NCBI GenBank assembly: GCA_964574595.1
Contig: CAZNOF010000001.1
Coordinates: forward strand, 142,721-206,720
Length of the DNA stretch: 64,000 nt
DNA from: an uncultured Pseudomonadales bacterium
GTDB taxonomy: Bacteria; Patescibacteriota; Microgenomatia; UBA1400; PJMF01
Reading direction: 5' to 3'
Shown: positions 37,797 to 48,530 of the stretch, piece after piece
Layout of the letters: every line of letters begins with the position of its first letter
Numbering within the stretch: position 1 is the first letter of the stretch
Made by a program: the position numbers and the translations under genes
The notes under the pieces: model-generated
Told to the model about the DNA's origin: nothing
Seen by the model: only the letters and a program-made list of their open reading frames with translations
Databases searched by the model: none

Positions 37797-38645
37797 ATGA
37801 CAACACCGCATCCTCAAATATTACCTGTGAATCAACTTCAACCTAACCCTCTCCAACCCAGAGGAAAGGTGATGGCTGAACAGCTAGATGAACTCGTTCA
37901 ATCTGTGAAGCAGTATGGGATTTTAGAGCCGATTATCGTGGCTCACACTCCTGCTGGCTATCAAATTATTGCTGGTGAACGCCGATGGCGTGCTGCCAAA
38001 CAAGCTGGTCTGAAAGAAGTGCCAGTGCTGGTGAAAGTAACGACTCCCAAAGGCATGTTGGAGATGGCGATTATTGAAAACGTGCAGCGGGTTGACCTAT
38101 CTGCCATGGAGCGCGCCCAGGCATTTCAGCAGTTAATTCGTGATTTTCATTTTTCTCAAAGTCAAATTGCTGAAAAAATCGGTAAATCTATTGCTTATGT
38201 GACGAACACCTTGAGACTCCTGAACCTGCCGGATGCTATCAAAGATGGAATGGCTGGTTCATTAATTACGGAAGGTCATGCACGCGCTTTAGCCGGACTG
38301 GATGACGAACGAGCCCAAGTGGAAGTTTATAAGATTTTGCTGCGAGAGAATGCCTCTGTTCGCCGAGCTGAAGAGCTCGTCCGCCGAGTGAAACATCAAC
38401 TGCCGGTGAATGCCGACTCTCAGCCTCATCAAAAGCCTAATCGATTAAAAGATATGCCAAGTAACTTGTCACCTCACTTGGATGTCTGGCAAGCCCAACT
38501 CCAAGGTCTTTTTAATCCAAAGTACTCAAACGTGAAGTTAACGCAGTCAAACAGACAGACCAAGGTAACCTTTATTTTTAAAGGGAATCCAGATGTCATT
38601 GAAGACCAACTCAAAGTTATCTTAGAGAAAATGAAAAACGATTAA
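37797..38645 (+). CDS. parB: ParB/Spo0J partition protein
   Basis: GERRWRAAKQAGL ParB box and an HTH. No parA is adjacent in the window. Confidence 0.8.
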   Translation: MTTPHPQILPVNQLQPNPLQPRGKVMAEQLDELVQSVKQYGILEPIIVAHTPAGYQIIAGERRWRAAKQAGLKEVPVLVKVTTPKGMLEMAIIENVQRVDLSAMERAQAFQQLIRDFHFSQSQIAEKIGKSIAYVTNTLRLLNLPDAIKDGMAGSLITEGHARALAGLDDERAQVEVYKILLRENASVRRAEELVRRVKHQLPVNADSQPHQKPNRLKDMPSNLSPHLDVWQAQLQGLFNPKYSNVKLTQSNRQTKVTFIFKGNPDVIEDQLKVILEKMKND

Positions 38646-38652
38646 CCGTTAT

Positions 38653-38901
38653 TTATTTAATAACGTTAACGACAGTTCTACCCAATCGTTTTGAGAAAGT
38701 GACTGCTCCATCAAGCATGGAGAAGATAGTGTAGTCATGACCCATAGCTACACCTTTACCAGGCTTGTAGAGGGCACCGTGTTGGCGAACGATGATGTTA
38801 CCGACTTCGACTTTTTCACCACCAAATTTTTTAACACCTAAGCGTTTACCGCGTCGTTGATGATGTTGTCTAACCGCTCCACCAGCTTTAACATGAGACA
38901 T
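38653..38901 (-). CDS. rpmA: 50S ribosomal protein L27
   Basis: KRLGVKKFGGEKVEVGNIIVRQHG. Confidence 0.85.
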   Translation of the reverse strand: MSHVKAGGAVRQHHQRRGKRLGVKKFGGEKVEVGNIIVRQHGALYKPGKGVAMGHDYTIFSMLDGAVTFSKRLGRTVVNVIK

Positions 38902-38905
38902 ATAT

Positions 38906-40081
38906 TTACCTCGAGTTTACTTTTTTATGAAATACAAATTGCCAAACTTGTCTTTGCACAATTGCCTGTGGGCGATGGTACATGATCGGTTCGGAAACAG
39001 GAGTATAGCCAAGAACTGCTAACTTGTCAATCAGTTTCTCGAGAGAATAGACGGTTTTACCATCTACCACGTATGGGAAAATGATAACTAAGGCAGCTTT
39101 GTCGTTTAAAATTTTGGTCCATTGTCTAAATGCGCCCCAGTACATCTTCTCTAAACCTTTGAAAATGTTTGGTAATTGAATGGCTTGTGGGTTTGGTTTA
39201 CCCAAGAATGGCTCAGTTACCATCAAATCAACTGGTTTTTGGAGTTGCTCAGGGGTAACTAAAGTGGCATCACTGTAAAATACAAAGCCGTCAACTTCTC
39301 GTTGATAGGTTTTGCCAAACCACTCAAGATTTGCTTGAGTGCCGAAAACAGAGTCTTTATCCAAATCAGAGCCAGCAACTGACAACTGAAGCACTAGTGC
39401 CTCGAGTAAAACAGTCCCTGATCCACAAAATGGGTCGTATAAAAATGGTGTTCTCGTTTCAGCGTCAGTTCCCTGCTCTTTTTTCCAATTTCCTCGAGCC
39501 AAGTTGGTCATCATTCTAGCTAATTTAGGAGGTAACATACCCTTTTTTCGGTCAGCATATGGCTTAACGCGATCTCTGACTGTCCAGTCATCGATGTCTT
39601 GGGTGGCCAAAGTGTGTGTGAAAATTGTATCTTCATCAACTCGAATCACTGATAACTCGATTAAATCTTGATGGGTCAAGACGGCAGCCGTTAAGCCACC
39701 TCGAGAACCCTCAATGAATCGAGAAGGAATATTTCGAGCTTTTAATCTGTTTTTGATGAACTGGTTTTGAATTTTTGGAATGTTGTCGCGATTTAACTCG
39801 GCAATGGCAAAAGTTGGTTTGGGAAATTGAGCTAAGTAAGCCGCAATGTAATCAAGCAAAGTCTCTTCATCAACTTGATTGAAGACACCAACTTGCTTCA
39901 TAACTTTGAGTGAACCACCAAGCTGATTAAAGAGGGCAATTGCTTGCTCATCGCTCTCTAATTCTGCCTGCACAAGATCAGCCGTTAAGTTAATAACGTT
40001 TGGATCTGGTAAAACAGCTTTCAATTCCTGAATGGAAAGATCTGGTGTTCGGCCAATGAGAAAAAAGTAGGTATTTAACAT
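38906..40081 (-). CDS. THUMP-domain RNA (guanine-N2/adenine-N6-type) methyltransferase, UPF0020-like
   Basis: DPFCGSGTVLLEA (DPFxGSG motif I) and PFLGKPNP (NPPY-like motif IV). Confidence 0.6.
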   Translation of the reverse strand: MLNTYFFLIGRTPDLSIQELKAVLPDPNVINLTADLVQAELESDEQAIALFNQLGGSLKVMKQVGVFNQVDEETLLDYIAAYLAQFPKPTFAIAELNRDNIPKIQNQFIKNRLKARNIPSRFIEGSRGGLTAAVLTHQDLIELSVIRVDEDTIFTHTLATQDIDDWTVRDRVKPYADRKKGMLPPKLARMMTNLARGNWKKEQGTDAETRTPFLYDPFCGSGTVLLEALVLQLSVAGSDLDKDSVFGTQANLEWFGKTYQREVDGFVFYSDATLVTPEQLQKPVDLMVTEPFLGKPNPQAIQLPNIFKGLEKMYWGAFRQWTKILNDKAALVIIFPYVVDGKTVYSLEKLIDKLAVLGYTPVSEPIMYHRPQAIVQRQVWQFVFHKKVNSR

Positions 40082-40115
40082 GATGGGCAGTTCTCTTCTT
40101 CTCGAGCCAAGCGAA

Positions 40116-40427
40116 TTAGGCGATCTTGACTACTTCTAAAGTCGTTTCTGAGGCTCGGAAACCTTTGACGCGTCGGTAACGAGATTTGGCTCGGTACTTG
40201 GCGACACGAATTTTTTCGCCTTTATCGTGACCAACTACTTTTAAGGTCACTAATGCTTTATCTACTAATGGTGCACCAATTTTAACAGTTTCGCCATCAA
40301 CAGACATTAAGACATCAGAGATTTTAAGCTCGTCGCCTTCCTTGTTTTCCAGGCGTGTAACTGTAATTTGTTCACCTTCGGCAACTTTAAGTTGCTTACC
40401 GGCTAACTGAATGACTGCGTATTTCAT
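40116..40427 (-). CDS. rplU: 50S ribosomal protein L21
   Basis: Starts MKYAVIQLAGKQLKVAEGE and is 103 aa. Confidence 0.85.
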   Translation of the reverse strand: MKYAVIQLAGKQLKVAEGEQITVTRLENKEGDELKISDVLMSVDGETVKIGAPLVDKALVTLKVVGHDKGEKIRVAKYRAKSRYRRVKGFRASETTLEVVKIA

Positions 40428-40481
40428 AAAACTCCATAACTACTAAGTTTGTGTCAAGAGAAGGAATTATATCACGAAATC

Positions 40482-41549
40482 TTATCGGATATGTAGGGAA
40501 GGCTGCTTTTTGAACTCTTTGATCATTGATTGGACACATCCATACTGAAAACAAAGGGTTAAGACAGAACTTCCGCCATAGGAAATCAGAGGTAAAGTGA
40601 TGCCGGTAATTGGCAAAAGGCCAATATTCATACCGATATTAATTGAGGCTTGCACCGCCAACATGGTAGCGGTGATGAAGCAGAAGTACTTTTCAGCTGG
40701 ATGGCTGGCTAAATAACCCATCAAGATGAAGAAAAAAGTTAACGAGGTGTACAGACCAACCACGAGGGCGGAGCCGATTAAGCCCGTCTCTTCTGCAAAA
40801 GAAGCAAAGACAAAGTCGGTTTGCCGCTCTGGGAGAAACCTTAAATGGGACTGAATGCCTTGACCCAGTCCCCTGCCGAGTACTTGACCGGATCCAACGG
40901 CTATCACTGACTGAATGGCATTATAACTGGCTGAACTAGCATGATCTGAAACGTTAATAAAAGAAGTTACCCGCTGCTTTTGATACGGCAGAAGCAGAAA
41001 GTTCCAGGCTACAAAGATAGTGATTACTGCTAATCCGGCAATTCCCAAGATGTACTTCACCTTAGTCTGAGACAGAAAGAATAAACTGGCCATCGCCATC
41101 ACATAAATCACCGTAGAACCTAAATCAGGCTGAAGGAAGATTAATACGGCAGGTAAGCCTGCTAAAAAGCCAAAAGTAAGCAATGAGCGAATGTTTTGCA
41201 GTGGATGTTTGGTGACATAGTGCGAAAGGAGTAAACCTACCGACACCACCGCCAACTGAGATGGTTCCACATGGATCGGTCCAACAGGAATCCAACTAAC
41301 TGCGCCGCGAGTGACTTTACCAATGACTTGCGTCAACAGCAGTAGAAAAATCAGTAACGCGTATAAGTATGGGGAAACCTTTAACCATTGGCTGAAACTG
41401 ATTTTCGAGGCCGCAATAAAGATGCCTGCACCCATTAGGAAAAATATGATTTGTTTGGAAAGCAAGGTAGGTGCCACACTTCGGAGAACAAGAATACTTA
41501 TCGCCGAGAGACAGAGCATGAAAAACGGCAGTAACCAATAACGTAGCAT
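40482..41549 (-). CDS. rodA: SEDS-family peptidoglycan glycosyltransferase (RodA-like)
   Basis: Ten TM helices. It is a second SEDS copy besides the dcw-cluster ftsW. Confidence 0.6.
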   Translation of the reverse strand: MLRYWLLPFFMLCLSAISILVLRSVAPTLLSKQIIFFLMGAGIFIAASKISFSQWLKVSPYLYALLIFLLLLTQVIGKVTRGAVSWIPVGPIHVEPSQLAVVSVGLLLSHYVTKHPLQNIRSLLTFGFLAGLPAVLIFLQPDLGSTVIYVMAMASLFFLSQTKVKYILGIAGLAVITIFVAWNFLLLPYQKQRVTSFINVSDHASSASYNAIQSVIAVGSGQVLGRGLGQGIQSHLRFLPERQTDFVFASFAEETGLIGSALVVGLYTSLTFFFILMGYLASHPAEKYFCFITATMLAVQASINIGMNIGLLPITGITLPLISYGGSSVLTLCFQYGCVQSMIKEFKKQPSLHIR

Positions 41550-41593
41550 ACTCTGCTAGAGTAACGAGTTTCTCGAGCTGAGTCTAGAGCTGA

Positions 41594-44500
41594 TTACGCT
41601 ACAATCTTGGCAACTTCGCCCTTGGACAAAGTACTCTTTGTCTTGGTTTGGATCTGCTCAGTCCAGTCTGTTGGCCAATCAGGCAACTCGACTTTGACTT
41701 GATCATGGACGCCCACTCCAGCATCTTTTCTGAGCTGCTGAATTTGACGCATGGCGTCTCGAGCTTTTCCTTCTGCAATCAGTTCCGGAGTGAGTTCTGT
41801 GTTGAGTTCGACTGCAAAATGACCATCGGTATTTTTTGACCACTCAATTTTTTTGACATTGATTTCCGCCAAGATTAACTCTGCTACGTCTTTATCTGGC
41901 AACTCTTGAGAAGTTGAGACTTTAACGCTGGCGAGCGGTTGGCGAAGCTTAAATCCTTTGACTTGTCTTTCCTTATGAGCTGCTGTCACTAAGTTCATGG
42001 CTACTTGCATGTCTGCAGCCAGTTTTTCTTGGTACCACTCAGCTTTGCCTTTTGGCCAGTCAGTTAAGTGAACAGACTTCTCTTCTCCAGTCAGCTGCTG
42101 ATAACTCATGTCACTGAAAAATGGTGCTAATGGTGCGAAAAGTTGGGCTAAAGTAACCAGAACATAGCCAAATACCTGAGCTGACTCTTGTCCTTGTTGA
42201 TCTGTTTGTTTGAGTCGTTCGCGACTTTGTCTCAAGTACCAGGTTGAAAGTTCATTCACGAACTCGATTAAAGAACGGCTAGATTTGACTACGTCATAAT
42301 TGTCCATATCGGCCGTTACGTCACGGATGACGACTTGCAGATGAGAAAGGAGCCATCTGTCCATCACGTGATTGACCTTTCCAGGAGCTTGCGTGACGTC
42401 TAATTTAGGAGTAGTGAGATTGCTTTCTACAAATTGCTTGTAGAAGGACAACAGATTCCACCAGATGACGAAGACTTTTTTACGTAACTCACTGACTTCT
42501 TTTTCACTAAAGTTCAGATTATCTGCTTTCATCACCACTGAGCTCATCAAATAAAGTCGCAAACTATCTACGCCATATTTATCGATGACCAGTTTTGGAT
42601 CAGGATAATTTTTCTTTGACTTACTCATCTTGGTGCCGTCTTCAGCTAAGATGGTGCCGGTTGTTAAGGCATTCTGGAAAGAAGGCTTATCAAACAGGCC
42701 GACTGACAAGACGTGCATACAGTAGAACCAGGCTCTCGTCTGGGCGATGTACTCTGAAATAAATTGAGCTGGGTAGTTTTTTTCAAACCAATCCTTGTTC
42801 TCAAAAGGATAATGTTGGGCGGCAAAAGGCATGCTGGCACTCTCAACCCAGCAGTCAAACACCTCTGGAATTCGGCGGCCTTTTACCGTCTTAGCATCAT
42901 CAATCCACAGTTCAATATCATCGATGAATTGCCGATGAATGTCAGTTAAATTCTCAACTTGCTTTGGATCGACTGCCCATTGTTTCAACTCGGCGATTGA
43001 ACCCACTACTCGATACTGAGGCACTTTACCAGCGCTCTTCCAGATTGGCATTGGATTTCCCCAATACCTAGATCGCGAGATGTTCCAATCTGGGGCAGTC
43101 TCTAACCCTTTGCCAAATCGGCCATACTTCAGATGATCTGGGAACCAGTTGATACTTTCGTTTGCCTCAACCAGCTTGGATTTTAGTTTTTGAACATTGA
43201 AGAACCAGGCTGGAACTGCGTTGTAGAACAACGGCGTTGAACAGCGGTAACAGAATGGGTAGGAGTGCTTATATTTTTCAGCCAAAAACAGTAATTCTCG
43301 GCTGGTTAAGTCATCAATGACCCATTGCTCAGCTTTCTTGTAGAAGACACCTTTCAGTGGTTCTACGAAGTCTAAGAATCGACCTTGATCATCGAGTGTT
43401 GGGACGCATGGCAAGTCAACCTTTTGTGCCAAAGCGTAGTCATCTTCACCAAAAATTGCAGCGGTGTGGACAATGCCTGTTCCCTCACTCAAACTGACGA
43501 ATGGAGCTGATGTCACGTAGTAGGCTTTCTTATCGCCAACTGGCATGTAGGTGTACAGTGGCTCATATTCAAGACCCATCAAGCATTCACCGGTCACTGT
43601 TTGAAGGACTTCTGGGTGATGCACATCTTGCAACTTCATTAACTCAGTCACTTTGTCTTTCGCCATCCATAATAATTCCCCGTTGAACTCCACTTGGCTA
43701 TACTCTGCATCGGGCAAGACAGCTAAAGCCACGTTTCCAGGCAATGTCCAAGGGGTAGTCGTCCAGGCTAACAGGTACTCTTCCCTCTTAGCGTGCTCGG
43801 CGTGATCTTTAGCAAATTTCTCTAACTGTTGATTACGAGGAGTATTTTTCTTGACCTTAAACTTCACATAGACTGAATTGTCTTCTACATCTTTGTAGGA
43901 GTTATCCATGGCAATTTCAAAGTTGGAAAGTGGTGTGGCACAGCGTGGGCAGTATAAAACGACTTTTCTGCCTTCATAGACATTGCCGCGTTTGTACATT
44001 TCTGAGAAGCCCCACCAGATAGATTCCATGTAACTGGTATCCATCGTTTTGTAAGACTCCTTAAAGTTGACCCATCGGCCGATTCTATCGATGATGACTT
44101 CCCATTCTTTATCAAACCGGAAAATAGCGGCTCGGCAAGCATCATTAAAATTGCCAATGCCGTACTCTTCAATGCCTTTTTTACCACCTTTAAGATCTAG
44201 TTCTTTTTCGATGATGTTCTCGATTGGCACGCCATGACAATCCCAACCCCATCGTCGAGCTACCTGGTATCCTTTCATCGTCCAGTATCTTGGGATGACA
44301 TCTTTGATGGTTGATGCCAAGATATGCCCATAATGTGGTAACCCAGTTGCAAATGGAGGCCCGTCATAGAAGACATATGAATGGTCTGCGGGTCTTGAGT
44401 CTACTGACTTCTCAAACGTCTTATCTGCTTTCCAAAAAGCTAACTGCTCTTCTTCAAGTTTTGGAAAATCTGGTGTTTTACTAAAATCAATTTTTTTCAT
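41594..44500 (-). CDS. ileS: Isoleucyl-tRNA synthetase
   Basis: HIGH box (PHYGHIL), WTTTPWTLPGN, KMSKS. Confidence 0.9.
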   Translation of the reverse strand: MKKIDFSKTPDFPKLEEEQLAFWKADKTFEKSVDSRPADHSYVFYDGPPFATGLPHYGHILASTIKDVIPRYWTMKGYQVARRWGWDCHGVPIENIIEKELDLKGGKKGIEEYGIGNFNDACRAAIFRFDKEWEVIIDRIGRWVNFKESYKTMDTSYMESIWWGFSEMYKRGNVYEGRKVVLYCPRCATPLSNFEIAMDNSYKDVEDNSVYVKFKVKKNTPRNQQLEKFAKDHAEHAKREEYLLAWTTTPWTLPGNVALAVLPDAEYSQVEFNGELLWMAKDKVTELMKLQDVHHPEVLQTVTGECLMGLEYEPLYTYMPVGDKKAYYVTSAPFVSLSEGTGIVHTAAIFGEDDYALAQKVDLPCVPTLDDQGRFLDFVEPLKGVFYKKAEQWVIDDLTSRELLFLAEKYKHSYPFCYRCSTPLFYNAVPAWFFNVQKLKSKLVEANESINWFPDHLKYGRFGKGLETAPDWNISRSRYWGNPMPIWKSAGKVPQYRVVGSIAELKQWAVDPKQVENLTDIHRQFIDDIELWIDDAKTVKGRRIPEVFDCWVESASMPFAAQHYPFENKDWFEKNYPAQFISEYIAQTRAWFYCMHVLSVGLFDKPSFQNALTTGTILAEDGTKMSKSKKNYPDPKLVIDKYGVDSLRLYLMSSVVMKADNLNFSEKEVSELRKKVFVIWWNLLSFYKQFVESNLTTPKLDVTQAPGKVNHVMDRWLLSHLQVVIRDVTADMDNYDVVKSSRSLIEFVNELSTWYLRQSRERLKQTDQQGQESAQVFGYVLVTLAQLFAPLAPFFSDMSYQQLTGEEKSVHLTDWPKGKAEWYQEKLAADMQVAMNLVTAAHKERQVKGFKLRQPLASVKVSTSQELPDKDVAELILAEINVKKIEWSKNTDGHFAVELNTELTPELIAEGKARDAMRQIQQLRKDAGVGVHDQVKVELPDWPTDWTEQIQTKTKSTLSKGEVAKIVA

Positions 44501-44518
44501 CTTCTCTCCTTAATATAC

Positions 44519-44567
44519 AAAAAAAGCCTCCATCACCCAAAAATAGTTTTGAGCAATGAAGGCTTCC
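44519..44567 (-). terminator. Leader terminator/attenuator immediately upstream of the ileS RBS
   Basis: On the minus strand: AAGCCUUCAU...AUGGAGGCUU (10 bp with one G·U pair) followed by UUUUUUU, about 20 nt before the AGGAGAG RBS. Confidence 0.5.
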
Positions 44568-44870
44568 CGAATTTTCGGAAAAGGTACCAACCTCATGTTA
44601 CTTAGTTCCTGCGATTACGGGCTTACCCGGAAAGATCTACTTTGCGACTTCTTAGAGAACTCGCATTTCTGCTCTCACCTCGTCCATTGATGATGAACTC
44701 AAACGGTTTAGCAGAATTATACACAATTTCGAGGTATAATGTCCAACGAGTATTTTTGCTGGAACGATAGCATCAATTTGAGCGAAAATATTCAGATCCT
44801 TAATAGCTTATATTTCAAGAACCGTTAACGCTCGTTCAATCTCGGACGTAGCACCACATAGAATTGGAGA
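44568..44870 (-). promoter_or_regulatory. ileS 5' leader, possibly a T-box riboswitch
   Basis: A T-box-like GAGGUUGGUACC element sits just 5' of the terminator (consensus AGGGUGGUACC). Neither Stem I nor a specifier codon could be verified by eye. Confidence 0.3.
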
Positions 44871-44876
44871 AGAAAA

Positions 44877-45638
44877 GTGAAAACGTATCGTACTGTGACT
44901 CTTAAAGCAGGTGCAGTAACATGGGGCATTCAAGCTCATCGTAACCCCTACCTGAGTACCCAACCTGATATTGCCTATGTTATCTTCGGCCAAATTGGTC
45001 TAGCTAATTCCTTGGCAGTTGTCCCGGTTAAGGTAACCGAGCGTCAGCAAGAGACTCTCATCTCTAATGGAAGCGTGCTTGTTGAGTACGCAGCTATTTC
45101 GGCCACACCTGAAGGTTTGCCGATCTTAATCTCGGCCTCTGGTGAAAGTGGTGACGGGCTGATTACCCTGTTTGAGACGCCGATCGGTACCAAAGGCAAT
45201 GACCTGACTGGTGATTGGAATCCTCAAACCTTTCCTACTGAGGAGCAGTTGGCACGAGCAACAGTGACTGTCATACAACCATTTTTGCCATTTCCGGGCC
45301 AAGAGATTGCCAAAGGTCAGTTCGGCCAGATCGGTGACACCGGTTTGTTCATGGCCTCGCACGTGTTGGCCCTCATGCCATCTGCTGTCTGGTTCAGCGA
45401 TGTAGTACGAAATGACGATGTTGAAAAATCGATCAGAAACTTCTACTACTGGGATCAGGTTTCGCTGAAGTCGATGACTTGGGAAGAGCGGGTGCGGCGA
45501 GGTTTTATTTCGCCGAATCAAATGCGAGTCGTACTCAATCAGAAGGTAACGATTCCGGCAGAGCTTTTTTGGCAACTTGTGGAAGCTTGTCCGAACTCGG
45601 CGCTGGTTACCGCCGCAAAGAAGGCTCTTGAAAGTTAA
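44877..45638 (+). CDS. Hypothetical protein (GTG start)
   Basis: 253-aa ORF with no recognisable motifs. Confidence 0.4.
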   Translation: MKTYRTVTLKAGAVTWGIQAHRNPYLSTQPDIAYVIFGQIGLANSLAVVPVKVTERQQETLISNGSVLVEYAAISATPEGLPILISASGESGDGLITLFETPIGTKGNDLTGDWNPQTFPTEEQLARATVTVIQPFLPFPGQEIAKGQFGQIGDTGLFMASHVLALMPSAVWFSDVVRNDDVEKSIRNFYYWDQVSLKSMTWEERVRRGFISPNQMRVVLNQKVTIPAELFWQLVEACPNSALVTAAKKALES

Positions 45639-45688
45639 GTATTAATCTTAGAACCCGTGTGCTTGGACAGCCGCGGGTTTTTTATTGG

Positions 45689-47071
45689 TTATTTTTTATT
45701 TCGCAGAAATGCTGGGATATCAAACTCGTCTTCAAACTCGTTGGCACCGCCAACTTGAGAAACTGGCAATGAGTTGTCATTTGTATCAGCTGTCTCATCC
45801 TGTGTTTGTTGTAACATTGGATTGATAGGTGGTGGCGAGACTTGTTGAGTTGATTGTTGAGCTGGTTGAGCAGAACGATTGAAACCCAGCAAATCACCAA
45901 ATGAGTGCTGTTTGACTACTGGTTGCTGCTGACTCATTAAGACGTCAGATTTAAGGATTGGCTGAGTAAATGAGGTTGGAGCTCTGTCAATTTTTGGTTC
46001 TTCTCGAGTTTCCGGTTGAACTGGTGCTGGAGCAGCCATTCGAGAAAGCCGGGTGTTTGATTCTCTACTGAATGAACCGAACATCGTCTTCTGAGACGAA
46101 GCGTAGCCGAGTTGTCGTTCATCAAAGCCGGTAGCAATGACACTGATTTTAATGGTTGAGCCAAGCTGTTCGTCAATTGTGGCACCGAAGATGATGTTAG
46201 CATCTGGAGCAGCGGCACTAGCGATGATGGTTGAAGCATCAGAAACTTCACTCATGGCCATATCTGGGCCACCAATGATGTTGTACAAAATACCTTTCGC
46301 GCCATCAATTGAAACTTCTAAGAGTGGAGATGAAATAGCCATCCTGGCGGCTGCTGCAGCGCGGTTTTCACCACTAGCCTGCCCAATACCCATCAAAGCA
46401 GAACCTGAGTCTGACATAATTGTTTTGACGTCAGCAAAGTCCACGTTAATAAGTCCAGGAACAGTGATTAAATCGGAAATACCCTGCACACCTTGACCTA
46501 AGACATTGTCCGCTAAGCGGAAAGCATCAAGGAGGGTCATTTTTTTATCAATTACATCCATTAAACGTTGGTTTGGAATGACAATGAGCGTATCAACATT
46601 TTCTTTGAGGTTTTCAATTCCCTCTTCAGCAGATTGCATTCGGCGAATACCTTCAAAGGCAAATGGTTTCGTAACGACGGCAACGGTTAAGGCGCCGGAT
46701 TCTTTGGCAATCTCAGCAATAATGGCTGAAGCCCCTGTTCCAGTACCACCACCCATACCGGCGGTGATAAATACCATATCAGAATCGTATAAAAGGTCTT
46801 TTAGCTTCTCGCGACTTTCCTCGGCTGCAGCTCGGCCCACCTCTGGATCTGCGCCAGAACCTAACCCTTTAGTAAAGTTACTACCGATTTGAACTTTTGT
46901 TTCAGCTTTTGAGGAAAGAAGGGCTTGAGCATCAGTATTTACCGTGATGAACTCAACGCCTTGAATCTGATTTGAAGAGATCATGGAGTTGACGGCATTA
47001 CCGCCGCCACCACCTACACCAATGACTTTGATTTTAGCGAAAGTTGTATTTGTCGGTTTAACCAAACCCAT
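45689..47071 (-). CDS. ftsZ: Cell division GTPase FtsZ
   Basis: [11 protein letters not shown] and GGGTGTG tubulin signatures, with a long disordered tail ending in [13 protein letters not shown]. Confidence 0.95.
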   Translation of the reverse strand: MGLVKPTNTTFAKIKVIGVGGGGGNAVNSMISSNQIQGVEFITVNTDAQALLSSKAETKVQIGSNFTKGLGSGADPEVGRAAAEESREKLKDLLYDSDMVFITAGMGGGTGTGASAIIAEIAKESGALTVAVVTKPFAFEGIRRMQSAEEGIENLKENVDTLIVIPNQRLMDVIDKKMTLLDAFRLADNVLGQGVQGISDLITVPGLINVDFADVKTIMSDSGSALMGIGQASGENRAAAAARMAISSPLLEVSIDGAKGILYNIIGGPDMAMSEVSDASTIIASAAAPDANIIFGATIDEQLGSTIKISVIATGFDERQLGYASSQKTMFGSFSRESNTRLSRMAAPAPVQPETREEPKIDRAPTSFTQPILKSDVLMSQQQPVVKQHSFGDLLGFNRSAQPAQQSTQQVSPPPINPMLQQTQDETADTNDNSLPVSQVGGANEFEDEFDIPAFLRNKK

Positions 47072-47168
47072 GCGACTCCTTTACGATGTGGTGGTAGTGT
47101 ATCATTTTTCTTTGAGCTGTGAGGGGGAAAATACGAAACAAGTTTCGGTTTCTCGCCTCGTTAAAAAA

Positions 47169-48479
47169 CTATGGAATGATTGACTTAATTAACTGCACAA
47201 TTTTGTTGGAAATTTGATCAAGTTTTACATTCTTCATCATGTCGCTGATCCGAACAATCTTTTGTGGAGGTTGTGAAATGTTGCGGCGTGATGCGTAAAC
47301 AAGCAGCCCAATACTGGCGGCAAATGAAGGCTTCTGGATATCATCAATCAAGCCCTTGAGCTCGGTTGGTTTGCCTACTCTGGCTGGCAAGTTCAGGGTT
47401 CTTTTGGCAATCTCGACAATACCTACTGTTTCCGCTCCACCACCAGCTAAGACAAGTCCGGCTGGAACGAGTGGAAGTAAGTTGTGTTTTTGGAGTTCCT
47501 TGGCAATGAGAGCAAACATTTCCTTCATTCGTGGCATCATAATACCCTCAACGATTGTTCGTTTGGAAAGATCGTCTTGATTCTCGCTCAAGCCGAGCTC
47601 TTCAAGGTTGAGCTGGTCTTCTTCTTTTTGTCGTTTTTTGAAATCTTCTTTTGATTCACCGACGTGTGGTTTCATGGTGAAAAATTGATCATGAGTCAAG
47701 GCAAGTTTAATTTTTTCTGCTGCATCCAAGCTTAATCGGCAACCTAAAGCAATGTCCTGAGTGATGTGTCTGGCGCCAATTGGCAATACTCCAGAATACG
47801 TTAAAGCTCCTTCAACATACGCGCAGACAGAGGTTGATCCAGCGCCAATATCGACAAGTACCACACCCAACTCTTTTTCTGTTTCAGTCAAAACAACTTC
47901 AGCAGAGGCGAGACCTGCAAAGACGAAGCCATCTAACTCGAGACCTAAGTCTTGAACGAGTTTGGCTAAGTTTCTGAGGGACGTTGATTGGGCGGTGATA
48001 ATATGTGCTTCTGCTTCCAGTCGAACACCGGTCATTCCAACAGGATCCTTAATGCCAGCTTGTGAATCCACGGCAAAATCTCGAGGCACAACGTGGACAA
48101 TTTCTCGAGCTGATGGTAACGAGACGGCCCGTGCTGCTTCAAGCACTCGGGAAACATCTTCTTGAGTAATTTCTTGAGTTGGAGCTGAAACTGCTACGAC
48201 ACCCTTAGAATTTTGAGAGGCAATATGTGTACCAGAGATAGAAACAGAAACTGAGTGAACTTCAACTCCAGCCATTCTTTCTGCAGCATCAACACTTTCA
48301 GTCATGGAACCAAGCACATCTTCCAGATCTACGATCTGACTCTTTCGCATGCCACGAGTAGGAACTGCAGAGACACCTAACACTTGAATTTCTCGAGTGT
48401 CTGGCTGAGTGGTGGCAATTAACGTCACGCACTTGTCTGTGCCCACGTCAATGACGGCTATATTTTGTCCTCGCTGCAT
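47169..48479 (-). CDS. ftsA: Cell division protein FtsA
   Basis: Actin-like ATPase with IAVIDVGTDK and DIGAGST motifs. Confidence 0.9.
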   Translation of the reverse strand: MQRGQNIAVIDVGTDKCVTLIATTQPDTREIQVLGVSAVPTRGMRKSQIVDLEDVLGSMTESVDAAERMAGVEVHSVSVSISGTHIASQNSKGVVAVSAPTQEITQEDVSRVLEAARAVSLPSAREIVHVVPRDFAVDSQAGIKDPVGMTGVRLEAEAHIITAQSTSLRNLAKLVQDLGLELDGFVFAGLASAEVVLTETEKELGVVLVDIGAGSTSVCAYVEGALTYSGVLPIGARHITQDIALGCRLSLDAAEKIKLALTHDQFFTMKPHVGESKEDFKKRQKEEDQLNLEELGLSENQDDLSKRTIVEGIMMPRMKEMFALIAKELQKHNLLPLVPAGLVLAGGGAETVGIVEIAKRTLNLPARVGKPTELKGLIDDIQKPSFAASIGLLVYASRRNISQPPQKIVRISDMMKNVKLDQISNKIVQLIKSIIP

Positions 48480-48530
48480 ATCTCTTAGAATAACAAAGAT
48501 TCTCCTGATTGTGTGGAGCGGTTTTCAACT

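Noticed and set aside
37797-38645. Plasmid or mobile-element origin suggested by parB
   Set aside because: It is flanked by housekeeping genes (lepB, rpmA, rplU) and no rep or relaxase is present. This looks like chromosomal Spo0J with parA elsewhere.
46137-46892. Plus-strand ORFs of 119 aa and 128 aa antisense to ftsZ
   Set aside because: They lie entirely inside the highly conserved ftsZ coding sequence. They are frame-shadow ORFs with no start signals.
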